Source: Setoptus koraiensis
Lineage: Eukaryota; Animalia; Arthropoda
DNA: 64,000 nucleotides
Assembly: GCA_048013815.1 (NCBI GenBank)
Contig: CM106586.1
Coordinates: forward strand, 14,694,001 to 14,758,000
Reading direction: 5' to 3'
A program made the translations under genes and the position numbers. Shown in pieces: positions 1 through 12,290 of this stretch. Each line of letters begins with the position of its first letter. The stretch's first letter is position 1. The notes beneath the pieces are model-generated. The model was not told the origin of the DNA and did no database searches. It was given only the letters and a program-made list of their open reading frames with translations.

Positions 1-1239
1 TTGTGGCTGTTTTGATTACTTTTGATATAGACTGACTGACTCGCCGACCAGGCGGCTCGCTGACCGAGTGAGCGGGTGACCGAATGAGCGGGCGACCGAG
101 TGAGCGGGTGAGTCGGGTGCGCGAGTGCAAGTCGAGTGGCAACTTTTGATGTTGTTGGCGACAAGTTGTTGTTGTTGCTGTTGTCAGTGTTATGAATGAA
201 CGGTTACGTAATCCAATTTGCAAATATTTGCAAGTGCAAGGCGCAGTTGGTCGTGTGTCAGCGGGCCTCAAGAGCTGGCACACTTGGCGTCGATATAACG
301 ATATAACAGCGTGCGATATGAGTGCCACCTACCAACCAGCGCCACGTGACAAGTTGGACGGGCCGGCGCACAATTTGGACCTGTCACGGGCCAAACAGCC
401 GGGCTAATCTACCAATTAAAGTGGGGCCCCGAAATGGATCGCGCGTAATTGCGTTCGTGCTGTGCGACGGCAGCGGCGCTATATCGGTGGCGGCGCTGTG
501 CGGCGCGCGCCCGTAAGCCGGGCCGGCGCGGCTGACACGCCGCGATCGGAAGTGATAGTGATGATAGGCGACATAGTGACCACCAAATAGACACGATAAA
601 CAAGTAGCGGCTTAGCCCAGATTGAGCCACCAGATGAGCTCACTCGATCATGGAGATGCCCGCAAGCCGCGACTGGCGGCCCGCAACTCGCGACTCGTGG
701 CCCGCAACCCGCAACCCGCAATCTGCAATCCGCAACGACGGCGACATGCAGCGGCGGCCCGCAACCCGCAACGACGGCGACATGCAGCGACGGCAAAGGC
801 GGCGACATGGCGACGGCGGCAACGATCCAACGATCGCCGGTATCCGCTGACTCGGGCCAAACGTTGTCGCGATCTGGCGCGCTCGTACGCAAGCGGGCAG
901 ACAAACCGTAGCCAGACGTAACGGGGCGCGTTCACCTTATTGCGCCAAATCTCATCTCAGCGCGCGGATAACGGGACCTGATGACGTAATCATCAACCAC
1001 ACAAACAGTGTGTGTGTCGCTGTGTAAGTCTCTGGGGCGACATTAGATCACAGACGGGCAAACGGGCGCAGAGAAACAAGTGACAGTGACGTAATCTCGC
1101 TATTACATGAGCTAACAAGTGCACACTGGCGCGCAGTCAGTTGAAAGTAGCTGACTCTCTTTGTCGCTGTCACGGCCGTTGGTTATTGGTTATGGTCGCC
1201 AGTGAGCACAACAACTTGCGCAACATCAACATCAGCGAC

Positions 1240-1340
1240 AACGGCGACGACAGCGACAACAACAACAGCGACAGCAACAACAACAGCGACAGCAACAGCG
1301 ACAGCAACAACAACAGCGACAACAACAGCGACAACAACAA
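1240..1340. repeat. Degenerate (AAC)n microsatellite with AGC/GAC/GGC variants; representative of dozens in the flanks
   Basis: aacaacagcgacagcaacaacaacagcgac...; similar tracts at 6700-6790, 8520-8610, 22190-22280, 48665-48720, 56995-57135 and 63880-63995. Confidence 0.95.
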
Positions 1341-2890
1341 ATTTTCTGCTCGTTTTAACTTGTAAATTGCTTTATCCGGCGCTGTTACGCAACACGCAAT
1401 TACGTAGCATGGGCATGACATAGTCTATCTAATCTTACGTAATGTCATCGGCCGGCCGCTTCTTTAATCTAAATTACATCTTGTTTTTGTTCCAGTTTCA
1501 GCCGAAACTGCGGCCCGTCGCGGCCCGTCGCGGCTCGGGTCGCGGCTTCAATCCCGACTCTGGTTGCGCCGACAGCGCCATTCAATTGCGGCGATTTACT
1601 TTTCAGACGCGCCACCATTCCGTGATATATAGTGATATGTGGCGATATGTAGTCATACGTAATCGTACGTAGTGTGTCGTACGTAGTGCGCCGTATGTAG
1701 TGGGCCAAGATATTGCGCAACGTATATTGTTGTTGTTGTTGTTGTTTCTGTCAACTCAATATTGTTGTGTGTCGAGTAAAGTGCAGTTGCAGTTGACTTG
1801 CCAGCGGCAACAATATAAACAACATGCAACAACAACAACGGCGGCAACAACAACGGCAGCAACAACAACAACGGCAACAACAACAACATTGCCTCTGACT
1901 GGCAACAAACTGCGCTCGCAACGGCCAGATTGACTCGCGTAACTCGTGCCAGTCTAACTCGTGCCAGTCTAACTGTGTCTAACAGTTAGACTAACTCGAG
2001 CCTCGAGCTCGATATTCGTTATAGGCCGCCGTTTGCTCACCGGAACTCGACTAACTATTACATGTGGTGCCATTATAGGCCCAATTTAGTAGCTAGCACT
2101 GGCTAGTGTTTAGTGGGATTAGATAGAGTGAGTTGCAACAAACATTGCGCAACTATCTATCATAAACTGCGGCCGCACTTTGCGCCAGCCCGCCAGCCAG
2201 TCATCGGGCCGGTCAGCGGGCCGGCCCGCTAGCGGGCGCCAGTGACAGCGCTTTTTAATCTAGTTTAATGTGTGTGTGTGCGTGTGTGCACTTTTACTTT
2301 GGTCGTCTCGCTGTCGTCGGCGCGTTTATATAGGAGCCTGCACGAGTTGTTGCCAGATAGACTCGGCAATGATTACGCAATGATGTTACTGGCTGCTTGA
2401 GACTACGGTTATATAATCACGGTAATGTATGTATGACACAACAACAACAACGACAACAACAGCAGCAGCAGCAACAACAACGACAAGAGCGGTTTGTGTG
2501 TCGGGTTGCGTCACCATGACAAGCCAGCAGCAATCACATCAATGGTTAGGCAAGCGTGACGATCGCTGCTGCTGCTGCTGCAACTGTTACATAACTCTGT
2601 TACATAACAAAATGTTTGAGTCAGTTGGTTGCAGTTAGTGGCCGCAGTGAGTAAGTCACCCAACGGTGCACTTAAACTCCAGTTACACATAATGACTCTT
2701 GTTGTTGTCGCTGCCGGTGCTGTTGTCGCTGTTGTTGTTGCTGTCGGTGCTGTTGTTGTTGTTGTTGTTGTTATTGCTGTTGTTGGCGCAGTTGTGTGGC
2801 CGCCTGTTAATCGCTGCTGCCCGTGAATCCATCAGTGGCTGCCGCTGGTCACATACGCGCAACCGACGCGTTGCTCATGAATCTCATTTG

Positions 2891-2891
2891 C

Positions 2892-2945
<54 letters not shown>

Positions 2946-2955
2946 GACAACAACG
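2891..2955. repeat. (CAA)n microsatellite, about 14 perfect units then degenerate
   Basis: Direct reading. Confidence 0.97.
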
Positions 2956-5900
2956 ACACACTGCGATGATACATTTGTGCGCGCGTTACGTCACGTTGCA
3001 AACATTTGTGCGCCGTTTGGGGCCACATAAACAACAGCCAGACCATTATGACCCCCACATATATCTGCTTATACACATACATATGGTGTGGCCAATGAAC
3101 AATAATCATCATCACTGCGCTCGTTCAATCTATCGCCGGCACGCACTGGCAAGTGTCGCCGGTTAGCTAATATGACCGGTGGCTAATGTCACATCTAGGC
3201 GCTCTACCTCTTCGCTGCCCCCTGCGCCACCCTTCGCTACCTTCCGTGAATACCCTGAACGGCAGTGATTGACCGGTCGGGTATTCACGGCGTTCATCAG
3301 GACGATGTCATGTGGGGCTCGATAATGCGCGTGCGATCGCAAAAACACCACTCTTGACAGCACGACTCGCGATGACACAACTCGCAATGACGCAACTCGC
3401 GACGCGACACTCGCGATAATAGCGCCCATAACGACCTGGCCACACCATTCAATTAGGCCCGACAATGAGGCTTCGACAGGTGCCCACACTGACCACTGGC
3501 AACAGCTGATTTATGGTCAGCTGGTCACTGCTGTCACTTGGTCGCTGTTGGCACTTGGTCGCTGTTGTTGCGACCGACGCGACAACATAGTTGCAGCGCC
3601 AGTAATCATGACGAATAAGCGCAGTTAACTGTCAGTGTGAGACCGTGATAACTTTATAACTTTGTTATTATCTAAACTGGCCACTCAATGCAATTAGAGT
3701 GGCCAGTCACACTTTTGCCGCTGGCTCGCATTTATTTATATATGTGGCCATTTATATCGCATTTGTTGCACCACTGACCACTCACTTGTGAGCGTCTCGC
3801 CGGCCACCAGCTGACCAACTGGGCCAATTGGTGCTGTCCGTGGTGCGCAATAATCTGTTTGTACCGGCCAAATGCCGCTGCATTGTCCGGCTGCCCGCGC
3901 CAGGTATGTCGAGGGTACCCGCTAACAGGTATGGCAGGTACGGCAGGTATAAATGAGAGTATCTGTTGTATCGGTTGTTGTAGCATAGGTGTCGTGTTTG
4001 CAGTTGCCAGCGGGGCTATATATTTATATAAGCGAATGAGCGAATGGCCGTAATCACAACAATCGCTATTATTTTTAGTTGTTAGTGTTGGCAAACTGGT
4101 GCTAGCAGCAAATTAACAGCAGTAGCGCCGCTTGCTGCCAGAAATAGATAATTTAATGTTGGCAGCGGTCGGCCTATACGGCCGCTGCGACCAGGCCAAT
4201 AAAAGGGCTACCCTCCCGGCCTAATGGGTATTATGGCGCTGCTGTTGCCGGTGGTTGCCGGTTGTTGCCGGTCGTCGCCGGTCGTTGGCGGTTGTTGCCG
4301 GTCGTTGGCGGTTGTTGCCGGTCGTTGGCGGTTGTTGGCGGCTGTTGCGCGCTAACGAGGCCGAGCGAGCCAGATACACGCCGGAGATGTTTGCGTGTCG
4401 AGCCGTGTCGTGTGTCGTAAAACACCCAGAACAGTTGTTGTTGTTGCTGTTGCTGCTGTTGTCGCTGTTGTTGTCGCTGTTGTCGTTGTTGTTGCTGGCG
4501 TGGCCAGTTGTTGTCGCTGTTGTTGCTGGCGTGGCCAGTTGTTGTCGCTGTTGTTGCTGGCGTGGCCAGTTGTTGCGGGCGATGACGACGACCAAAGTAC
4601 CGCTAAAATTAGATGGACTTGTTTGCCAGATTAATAATGCCAGCGCCAATAAGTGGCCGCAATCGGCTACAAACTTGCGCGCCCGATAGTGTCAGTTTGG
4701 AATGGTGCCCCCTGTTTGTTGCCCATATAAACACCTCGCGATTTTATGCTTTTAACTTTCGACTTTGTGGCTGCCATTAGCCACTGCGCGCCGGCCACTT
4801 GCTGCCTCTAGCGGCCAGTGCCAACTGCACATAAATCGACATAAATACTACTCTCCTTTTATACGTCTCCATTATATATCTGTATTTATATCTACGCACC
4901 ATGGATATATATACTACTATACTGTACATATATATATACACCGTATATCCATGAGATATCCATGCTAGCCGGACCAGATATAAATACGCCAGACGAGGCA
5001 TTTATTTATCCTGTTTACAACCATTGATCGGCCCTTTATAATCATGTCCGGCCTGATGTCTCTCTTAGGAGTGATGATCGTCATTTAACCGCGCGCCACC
5101 ATTTATAGCCCGGCACTCTAACTATTATAATGTGTTACAATGCTGGCACACAATTTTTTTAGCTCAGGCCCATTATAACCCAGCCACTTGTGCGCTGCCA
5201 AAGCAATAACAAAATGACCCTATGTGTGCTGGCCGAGCTTTGCGCGCCCCGTGACCTAGGTGGCGCTCGTTGGTATCTGGTCAACATTGTAAAGTGAGCA
5301 CGTACACCGAGTGCATAATTGTAACCATTAACTGCCAATAGCCAATTTGCCAATTTGCCAATTTGCCGTTTAAAGCCGCACCAACAACCCGAGTTGACCA
5401 ACAAGCCGAGTTGACCAACAACCCAAGTTGATTGAACCAACAGCCGGCCAACAAGCATGCCTAATAACCGGCCCTAATTGGCCTAACTGGCAAACAAGAG
5501 AATTAGTGTTGTTATTATCATTTGGACAATTGGCCAATTGGACAATTAAAAGCGACACAACAATGCTGGTGATTGATTAATCGCCACTGGACTCGCAGAG
5601 ATGAAGTGATCACCGTTACTGATGTTAGTTATTGTTTTTGCCATTGTGTGGGCCTTATTGAGTGGCGTCGATTGTGATATTGATGGGGATATCTCATAGT
5701 ATACATTAGATTGTGATAGTGAGCGCCGACCACCCAGCAGCGGTCACTCAAAATCATTTGGGCCAAATGCAAATAGCCAACGGCCGACGGTCAGTGAGTT
5801 GGATTGCCGCTGCGATCTATGGCGACCGTTGGCGACCGTTGGCGACCGTTGGCGACCATTGGCGACAAACAAAGCCAACAACGGCAAGTATGCAGATTAG

Positions 5901-8900
5901 CGTCGGATTAGCGCGACAACAACGGACACAAATTAGGTGGAACACAAGGTGAAAATTGCTCGTGTGAATGATTATGGTTCGAGATAGCCTCGGGTGCTTT
6001 ACCTGGCGCGCTGGTCACTGGATGTCGCACTGGATATAGTGATTTGGGATATAGTATATATTGGATTGTAGTGCGTGCAGCGGCCGGCAGGGCTCACTAT
6101 AATGCATTGATGTCTTGTATAATGTGTCGGCCAGAATTGGCGGTATCATGTCAGTATATTGGCCTCATATTGGCATGTGGTCACGTATCGTGTTGCGCGC
6201 CGAGATGGGGCCAGCGGGAGCAGATTGCGGTCGGCCCCAACCTATAATATGCGTAGAGTACAATATGTGTACTGTATTGTAATGAAACACATGCTCACTA
6301 GCGCCACCCAATAATCGCCGGCCACATCCTGGGGCCCGGCGCAATATTGGCTGGCGCATTATCGGCTGGCGCATTATTGGGTGCATCGAGCGCTGCGTGG
6401 GGTCTAAACAGCCAGCGTTGATTATTTAGCTATTGGCACCCATTGGTGGCGCGCTCGCCTGGTGACAGTGATCACAACTAGCGCGGCCCCGTGATTTGCG
6501 GTCACCTCTCGTGTTTGCAGAGTCGTGCTCGCATTGTCTTGACATGTCAAACAGTCAAACAGTGTCGTTCGGGCGACACCCACTGGTTGTGCGCGGTTGT
6601 CGGTGCGGACGAGCGCGCCCCAAAACCGACTCTGGTTGCAGTTGTGGTTGGCGCTGTTGTTGGCGGTGGCCGCTTGCGGAACCGCCGTGGTCGTTGTTGT
6701 TGTCGCTGTTGCTGCTTCTGTTGTCGTTGTTGTTGTCGTTGCTTCTGTTGTTGTTTTCGCTGCTGTTGTTGTTGTTGTCGTCGTCGGTGTCGTCGCGCCG
6801 GTGGCGCTGCGAGGAGGCGAGCCAGTGAGCGAGTTTGCAAAGTGAGCGAGTCTGCAAAGTGAGCCAGTTTGCAAAGTGAGCCGGTGACTGATGATGATAC
6901 ACGCAATGGGGCCAAAGAGCATTAATCAAATGCTAATCGGCCCCCATCAACAACCAGCGCCGGCATTGTTAAGCAAACCAACAGCACTCCTTGTTACAAC
7001 AATTGTCGCTGGCACAACCGCAACCAACTGCCAACAAATGGTGGCCATTGGTCGCATTGACAAGCGAATCATAACTACATAATCAATTTCGTCCACACGC
7101 ACCAACCGCTAAACCCGGCCCGCCCGTGCTGTTGAGGCCCGATTGTTGGCGGGTCCCGGCAGCACGAGACGCGGCCCGCCATCATTGACTTGATACGGCG
7201 GCGCGGCCGCCGATCGGGCCAACAACAACCAACTAAAAGTCCATCATTAGTGGGCCGGCCTCCCATCCAATCAGCGGCATGTCAGCGCCCGCTAAATCAG
7301 TGCTGCCGGGCTATCAGTGGGTGTCCTCGGTGAGCCCATCTCATTTGCCTATCATCACTCTTGTCGGTGTTCTGCCCGACAGTCGAGTCCGGCCGCTGTT
7401 GCAGCGGACTCGCGGCGCACCCGCAGCGGATTTAAAAGCCACCCATCGGCGGGCCATGTTTTGGCCATGTTTTGCCCGTGTTTTGCCCGTGTTTTGCCCG
7501 TGTTTTGGTCGTGTTTTGGGCATGTTTCAATGGCATTCGGGCCGCGTTTCGCCAGCGTTTCACTTGAATTCGGGCGATATTCCGGTGCGCATTACGGTGG
7601 CAGAATGGCGGTGGCAGCATTACAGTGATAGCATTAGAGCGATACTTTGTGATACTCCGGTGGCCAACAAAGTGGCCAGTATTTAGCCCCAGTATTTAGT
7701 ACGGGCCCCCGAACTGGCCGCCTAAATACTATTTAGTAAATAGTAAATAGTGGCAAATGGGGCCGTCGCGCGATGCCATACACGTATATCGTGTGTATGT
7801 AAATCAATCACCTTGGCGCCATTTATTAATGCGGCTACTTATGACTTGCGGTCGCAACTTGTCGGTTGGTGGCCATAATCCGGCCCGAGTCAGTGGGCCG
7901 CCGCTGGTCGGCCAAAACAACAACTAATGGGATTATTGTGGCCCTTCATTCATCACAATAATCACGGCCACCGCAGCGCCGGTGTCTCACGCGCAGCGCC
8001 ACTCGGCCCGAAACTGCAACAACGACAACTGCAACAACCGCAACAACTGCAGCAGCAACAACCGCGACAACTGCAGCAACAACTATTACAACCACTGCAA
8101 CTGTTGTAACTGGCGCCCGCGAGCGAATCCGTACCGCAACTTGTGCGGTTGCAACTCGCAACTCGCGACGACAACTCGCAACTGTGAGAACGCACGGCGG
8201 CCATTGAGAGCGGATAATCAGAGCAGATAAGCGGTGCGGATAAGCGGAGCCGCGCCACTAAGCACAGCGGATCAGCCAGAGCGGATAATCGGAGCGGATA
8301 AGCATGGCCGGCGGGATAATGGGACAACAGGAGCAAAAAACATGTTCCAGCATGTTGCAACATGCCCCAACTGTGTAATCGCGTAAGTGCGCACAATCCG
8401 CCGGCCGGCCCGTTGTTGCGCCCGTCGCTGGCCATTTGTCGTCAATTGCGGTAATCCGGCGCGTCGTTTGCGGCCCGGGCCCCTGCCGGCCCGCCGCCCT
8501 CGAACCTCGGCAGCGGCCACAACAACAGCAACAGCGACAACAACAACAGCGACAACAACAACAGCGACAACAACAGCGACAACAACAGCGACAACAACAG
8601 CGACCACAACAGAGACGACATGCGCAAGCGGTGGCCGCGCGGCCAAACAAGCGACAAACAAACGGCCGAGCGGCCGCTAATCTCGCCGGCAAATCCAATA
8701 ATGATCCCAATATTGGCTAATATCTCTCGGCCGATATAATGCGCAATTCACCGGCATTCATGCGCCAGCTACCGGCCAACAGAGAGCCGCCGCCAGCTAC
8801 CCGCCGCCAGATACCCGCTGCCTGATAGAAGAGCGAGCTCGCCCGACTGGCGGGCCCCACCGGCCGAGGCTCGCAAGCGGCTGGGGCCACGCCAATGACA

Positions 8901-9110
8901 CCGATAACGCCGGCAGCGCCGCCAATGGTGGGCGATTATCGCTTGTTTATGTTTCTTGGGGCGCACTGTGTGTTGGCTGTCATTGTTTGGCCACTCTGTC
9001 ACTTTGTCATCTCATCTGGTCGGCTAATCCCAGCGCTTTGTCAGCGCGCGGCCACCTTGACTCTGTCGCGTCCGAGATGATCGAGGAGTCGCCCCTATCG
9101 GCGAGTGCAC

Positions 9111-9195
9111 GAGTCGCTCTCGTCGGTGCGTCGGGAGTCGCTTTCGTCGGTGCGTCGGGAGTCGCTTTCGTCGGCGCGTCGAGGAGTCGCTTTTA
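9111..9195. repeat. Tandem 24-mer gagtcgctttcgtcggtgcgtcgg, about 3.5 copies
   Basis: Direct reading. Confidence 0.85.
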
Positions 9196-10937
9196 TCGAT
9201 GAGTCGACGAGTCGCGGACAGTCGGTGAGTTGCCAGTTGTCATCGGGTCGGCCCCGACTCGGGCCGGCGCGTCGGCCGGCGCAGTGCCAACGCGCCGCGG
9301 CGACCGTGTCAGGCGCGTCACTGGGCCTAATTTGCCGATTTGCGCCAATCTGCTAATTCGGCTAATGCCACTGAGACAGTCGGCTGCTCATTCGGAGTCG
9401 CGGTTTAGCGGGCTCTGGCGGAGTGCGTCGAAGGCTGTCGAGGGCCGGCGCTTCGGAGGGCGCTCGAGTCGACAGTTCGCGGAACGGTGCGCGAGCCGGC
9501 CGCCGGCCCGACGGCCAAGTGGCGCTCGCACAGTGGCAGCAACAGACGCGAGGGGCCCTAAACAAGCAAAGTAAATCAACCGCAAAGTAAGAGTCGGCGC
9601 TGGTCGTGATCATCATTTCATGCTTAAATGATAACAACTTAACGGGGCCAGCGCCAAACAATTACAGCCAGTTATGCTTGCCTCAATGAGCAAACGCGGC
9701 CAATTTAGTCCTTATCGGCGCTCTCAAACTCTCAGACTCTCAAACTCTCAGACTGTCGATGCTCTCAAACTCTCAGACTGCCATACCCCAAACTCTCAGA
9801 CTGCCATACCCTCGAACTCGCGGACTCTCGTACCCCCGAGCTCCCGACTCGCGCACTCTCCCTGTGAGAGTCTCGCCTCCGCAGACCCGCAGACTCTCGT
9901 ACCCGCTGACTCTCAAACTCCGGCATACCTCGGGCGGGCAGTCGCCGGGAGATATGCGGCCTATTTGCGGCGACCGGCGGCGGCCGCATGAGAGCCGCAC
10001 GCTACCGGTTGGTTTCATCGACTGGCACTCCAGTGGCATATCCACTCACTTTGTACGACACAATGGACACAATGGCGGCAGTAGCATATTTTGCCATTTA
10101 TTCACAGCGTCGCGAGCAGCCAGTGATCGCGCAAATTATCTGCTTCGATGTCCGATTATTGGGCCATGTCAAACGGGAGCTAGTTGTTGACAATTGCGAT
10201 CGCTGCCAATTGTGCCCCAGCCATGCGATATCTTTGGGCGGCTTTGTGAGGTGAGCATGAAATTGGATTGGAGTAGCAGACAGCGTGACACGCCGGACCC
10301 GACAGAGGCCTCTCTTTTCTATCCGAGAGACTCTCTCACAACTGAGCCACTCTGAGAGCGCTCACTTGTGACATATCCGTGACTTTCAACTGGCAACAAC
10401 TCTCTCTCTCTGTGTTGTTCTCTCTTGAATTCATTCGCTCAATTTGATTATATTTGATTATATTCCCCCCATTGATTGTATTATACACATACATACACGT
10501 ACATGTGACTTATGGACCGGCTAACTCGTGCACAATCGCGCCAACACAATCACTGTTGCCAGCATCATTTATGCAAATCGCCAGCTGCCCCTACGCTCGT
10601 CGGGTTGTCCGGCGCGTTTATTGCAGCGCCGCTTTCATTCAGTGTCCATTCAGTTTAGCACGCATCACTACTCAATCAAAGCGTTTAGTTTACTCGCCGC
10701 ACTCGCCCGTCTCGTCCGATCGGACCCGCCGGGCCCCGTTGCGGCCGCTCGGGCACTCGCTGCGGCCGCTCGGACACTCGCTGCGGCCGCTCCGGCCGCG
10801 GGGGCGACCGACCAGAGCTCGCCCGAGCGCCGGCCAGAGCCACGAGGGCGCCACAAGAGCGATAAGCGAGAGGGCCGACAAGAGGCGATTGATTGCAAGC
10901 CGCTTCGAATTAATTACGAGCTGGCCATTCAATCACA

Positions 10938-11126
10938 TCCATTCTTCGAATCAGTGAACTCGTTGCTCAATCTGAAGCGCAAATACAAACTGTTATTTCA
11001 GCACGACCCGTGTCTCTGTTCTGATGTTTGCCAACAATGAGCAAGGTACAATTAAATGAGGACGCAAGAAAAATATTGAACGTCATCATCGAAGCAAAAC
11101 AACGACAAAAATACATTAAACTAGAT
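10938..11126 (+). pseudogene. Decayed duplicate of the Rictor 3' end (inverted copy of ~28494-28760)
   Basis: Reads FFESV----NSLLNLKRKYKLLFQHDPCLCSDVCQQ* versus Rictor FFESVEKVENSLLNLKRKYGLLFQHDLCLYSDVCQQL. It has a 12-nt deletion, a TTA>TGA nonsense change, a 61-nt deletion (original 28576-28636, AAT microhomology) and about 20 substitutions. Confidence 0.92.
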
Positions 11127-11360
11127 TGTCATCAATGTTAATATTTACTTATTTTTATTCATTTCATCGCATAAAGAATCAATGCTAATTATACAACAAT
11201 TTTGGGCTTCTTCTTAGACTTCTTTGGTTTGTTAGATCGACTTTTAGTCTTGCAAATGGGACAAATGGGTGCGTTCCGGTGTATCAATTGGTGACAATTC
11301 AAACATGTCTTCATCGGTGGCTGATGATGGCTCATCTGTCTCTGTTGTTGTTGCTGTTGT

Positions 11361-11391
<31 letters not shown>

Positions 11392-11765
11392 GTTGATGTT
11401 GTTGTTGCTGTTGAGTTGCTTGTTGGGCCGCTGCTGCCTGTTGCTGGGACAACACCGGCGTCGCTTGTTGGCCCGGCGCATGTTGAGCCTGCTGATGTGA
11501 TGGCGGTGCTTGTGGTGGTTGCTGATGGTGGTGGTGGTGGTGGTGGTTGTGTTGGTTGTTGCTGTTGAGATTGTGGTTGTTGTGGTGCTGCTGTCTGTGG
11601 TGGTGATGCAGGTGCTGTAATTGCTGTTGTTGATGTAGGTGCTGTTGGTGCAGTAGTTGTTGCTGATGTTGCTGTTGTTGCTGTTCGTGAATTTGTTGTT
11701 GCAATTGTTGATGTTGGACACACATGAGCACGTAGGACAACAAGGCAGGGTCCATCGGGTGCTGT
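10938..11765. repeat. Left arm of an inverted segmental duplication; partner ~27905-28760
   Basis: Direct reverse-complement alignment: 100% over 11154-11353 vs 28267-28466, about 97% in the poly-Q/H middle, about 80-85% in the Rictor tail and in the DPALLSY region. Confidence 0.95.
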
Positions 11766-12184
11766 TGTGATTGTTGTTGTTGTTGCTGTTGTTGTTGTTG
11801 GTGGTGGTGGTGATGGTGCTGCTGCTGATGATGATGATGATGAAGATGATTGAGGGCCAAGTGGCCGGCGCTCAGCACAGATTCGTGCTGGCCGGCCAGA
11901 CCGGCCGACACAGCGTGGTTGTTGTGGTTGGTGTTGTTGTTGTTGGTGGTGAGTAGCGAGGGCGATCTTGTCAGCGACATGAGGGGTGTTGTTGCGGTGA
12001 GCGCCGTTGGCATGAGCTGCTGCGGTGTTGCTGGCTGAGGGGGCGCCACTGTCTTGCCAGAGGTTGCGGTGGTGCATTTGCCCGACAATATTGACTCTAT
12101 TGAGAATGGGTGCTGGCGACGCAGCGGCGGCGACACCGACACCGCGTGCTCGGTGTCGCTTGGTGACAATTTTATGTTTATCAT
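11189..12184 (-). CDS. ZC4H2: ZC4H2-type zinc-finger protein, paralog B (331 aa): eh1 motif, poly-Q/H region, C-terminal C4H2 finger, single exon
   Basis: C-terminus [35 protein letters not shown] matches human ZC4H2 [36 protein letters not shown]. First ATG is at 12184 (the track start at 12307 is TTG). HPFSIESIL is an eh1 motif. AATAAA on the minus strand at 11154-11159. Confidence 0.75.
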
Positions 12185-12206
12185 GTTGACACTGCCAACT
12201 CGTGAT

Positions 12207-12290
12207 GACGACTGGTGACGACTGGTCAAGATTGGTGACGACTGGTGACGACTGGTCAAGATTGGTGACGACTGGTGACGACTGGTGGTG
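12207..12290. repeat. 30-mer tandem built from a gacgactggt subunit, just upstream of paralog B
   Basis: gacgactggtgacgactggtcaagattggt x2 plus a partial copy. Confidence 0.9.

Noticed and set aside
4984-5088. Hydrophobic ORF (RHLFILF...FIIMSGLMSLLGVMIVI*) loosely resembling a stargazin/claudin TM segment
   Set aside because: Short, ends in a stop, has no convincing splice sites and no partner exons were found.
10528-11040. 170-aa ORF ending in the Rictor-like peptide, as a possible chimeric gene
   Set aside because: GTG start, a tandem-repeat-derived N-terminal part, mostly nonsynonymous changes and a nonsense codon; best read as a remnant.
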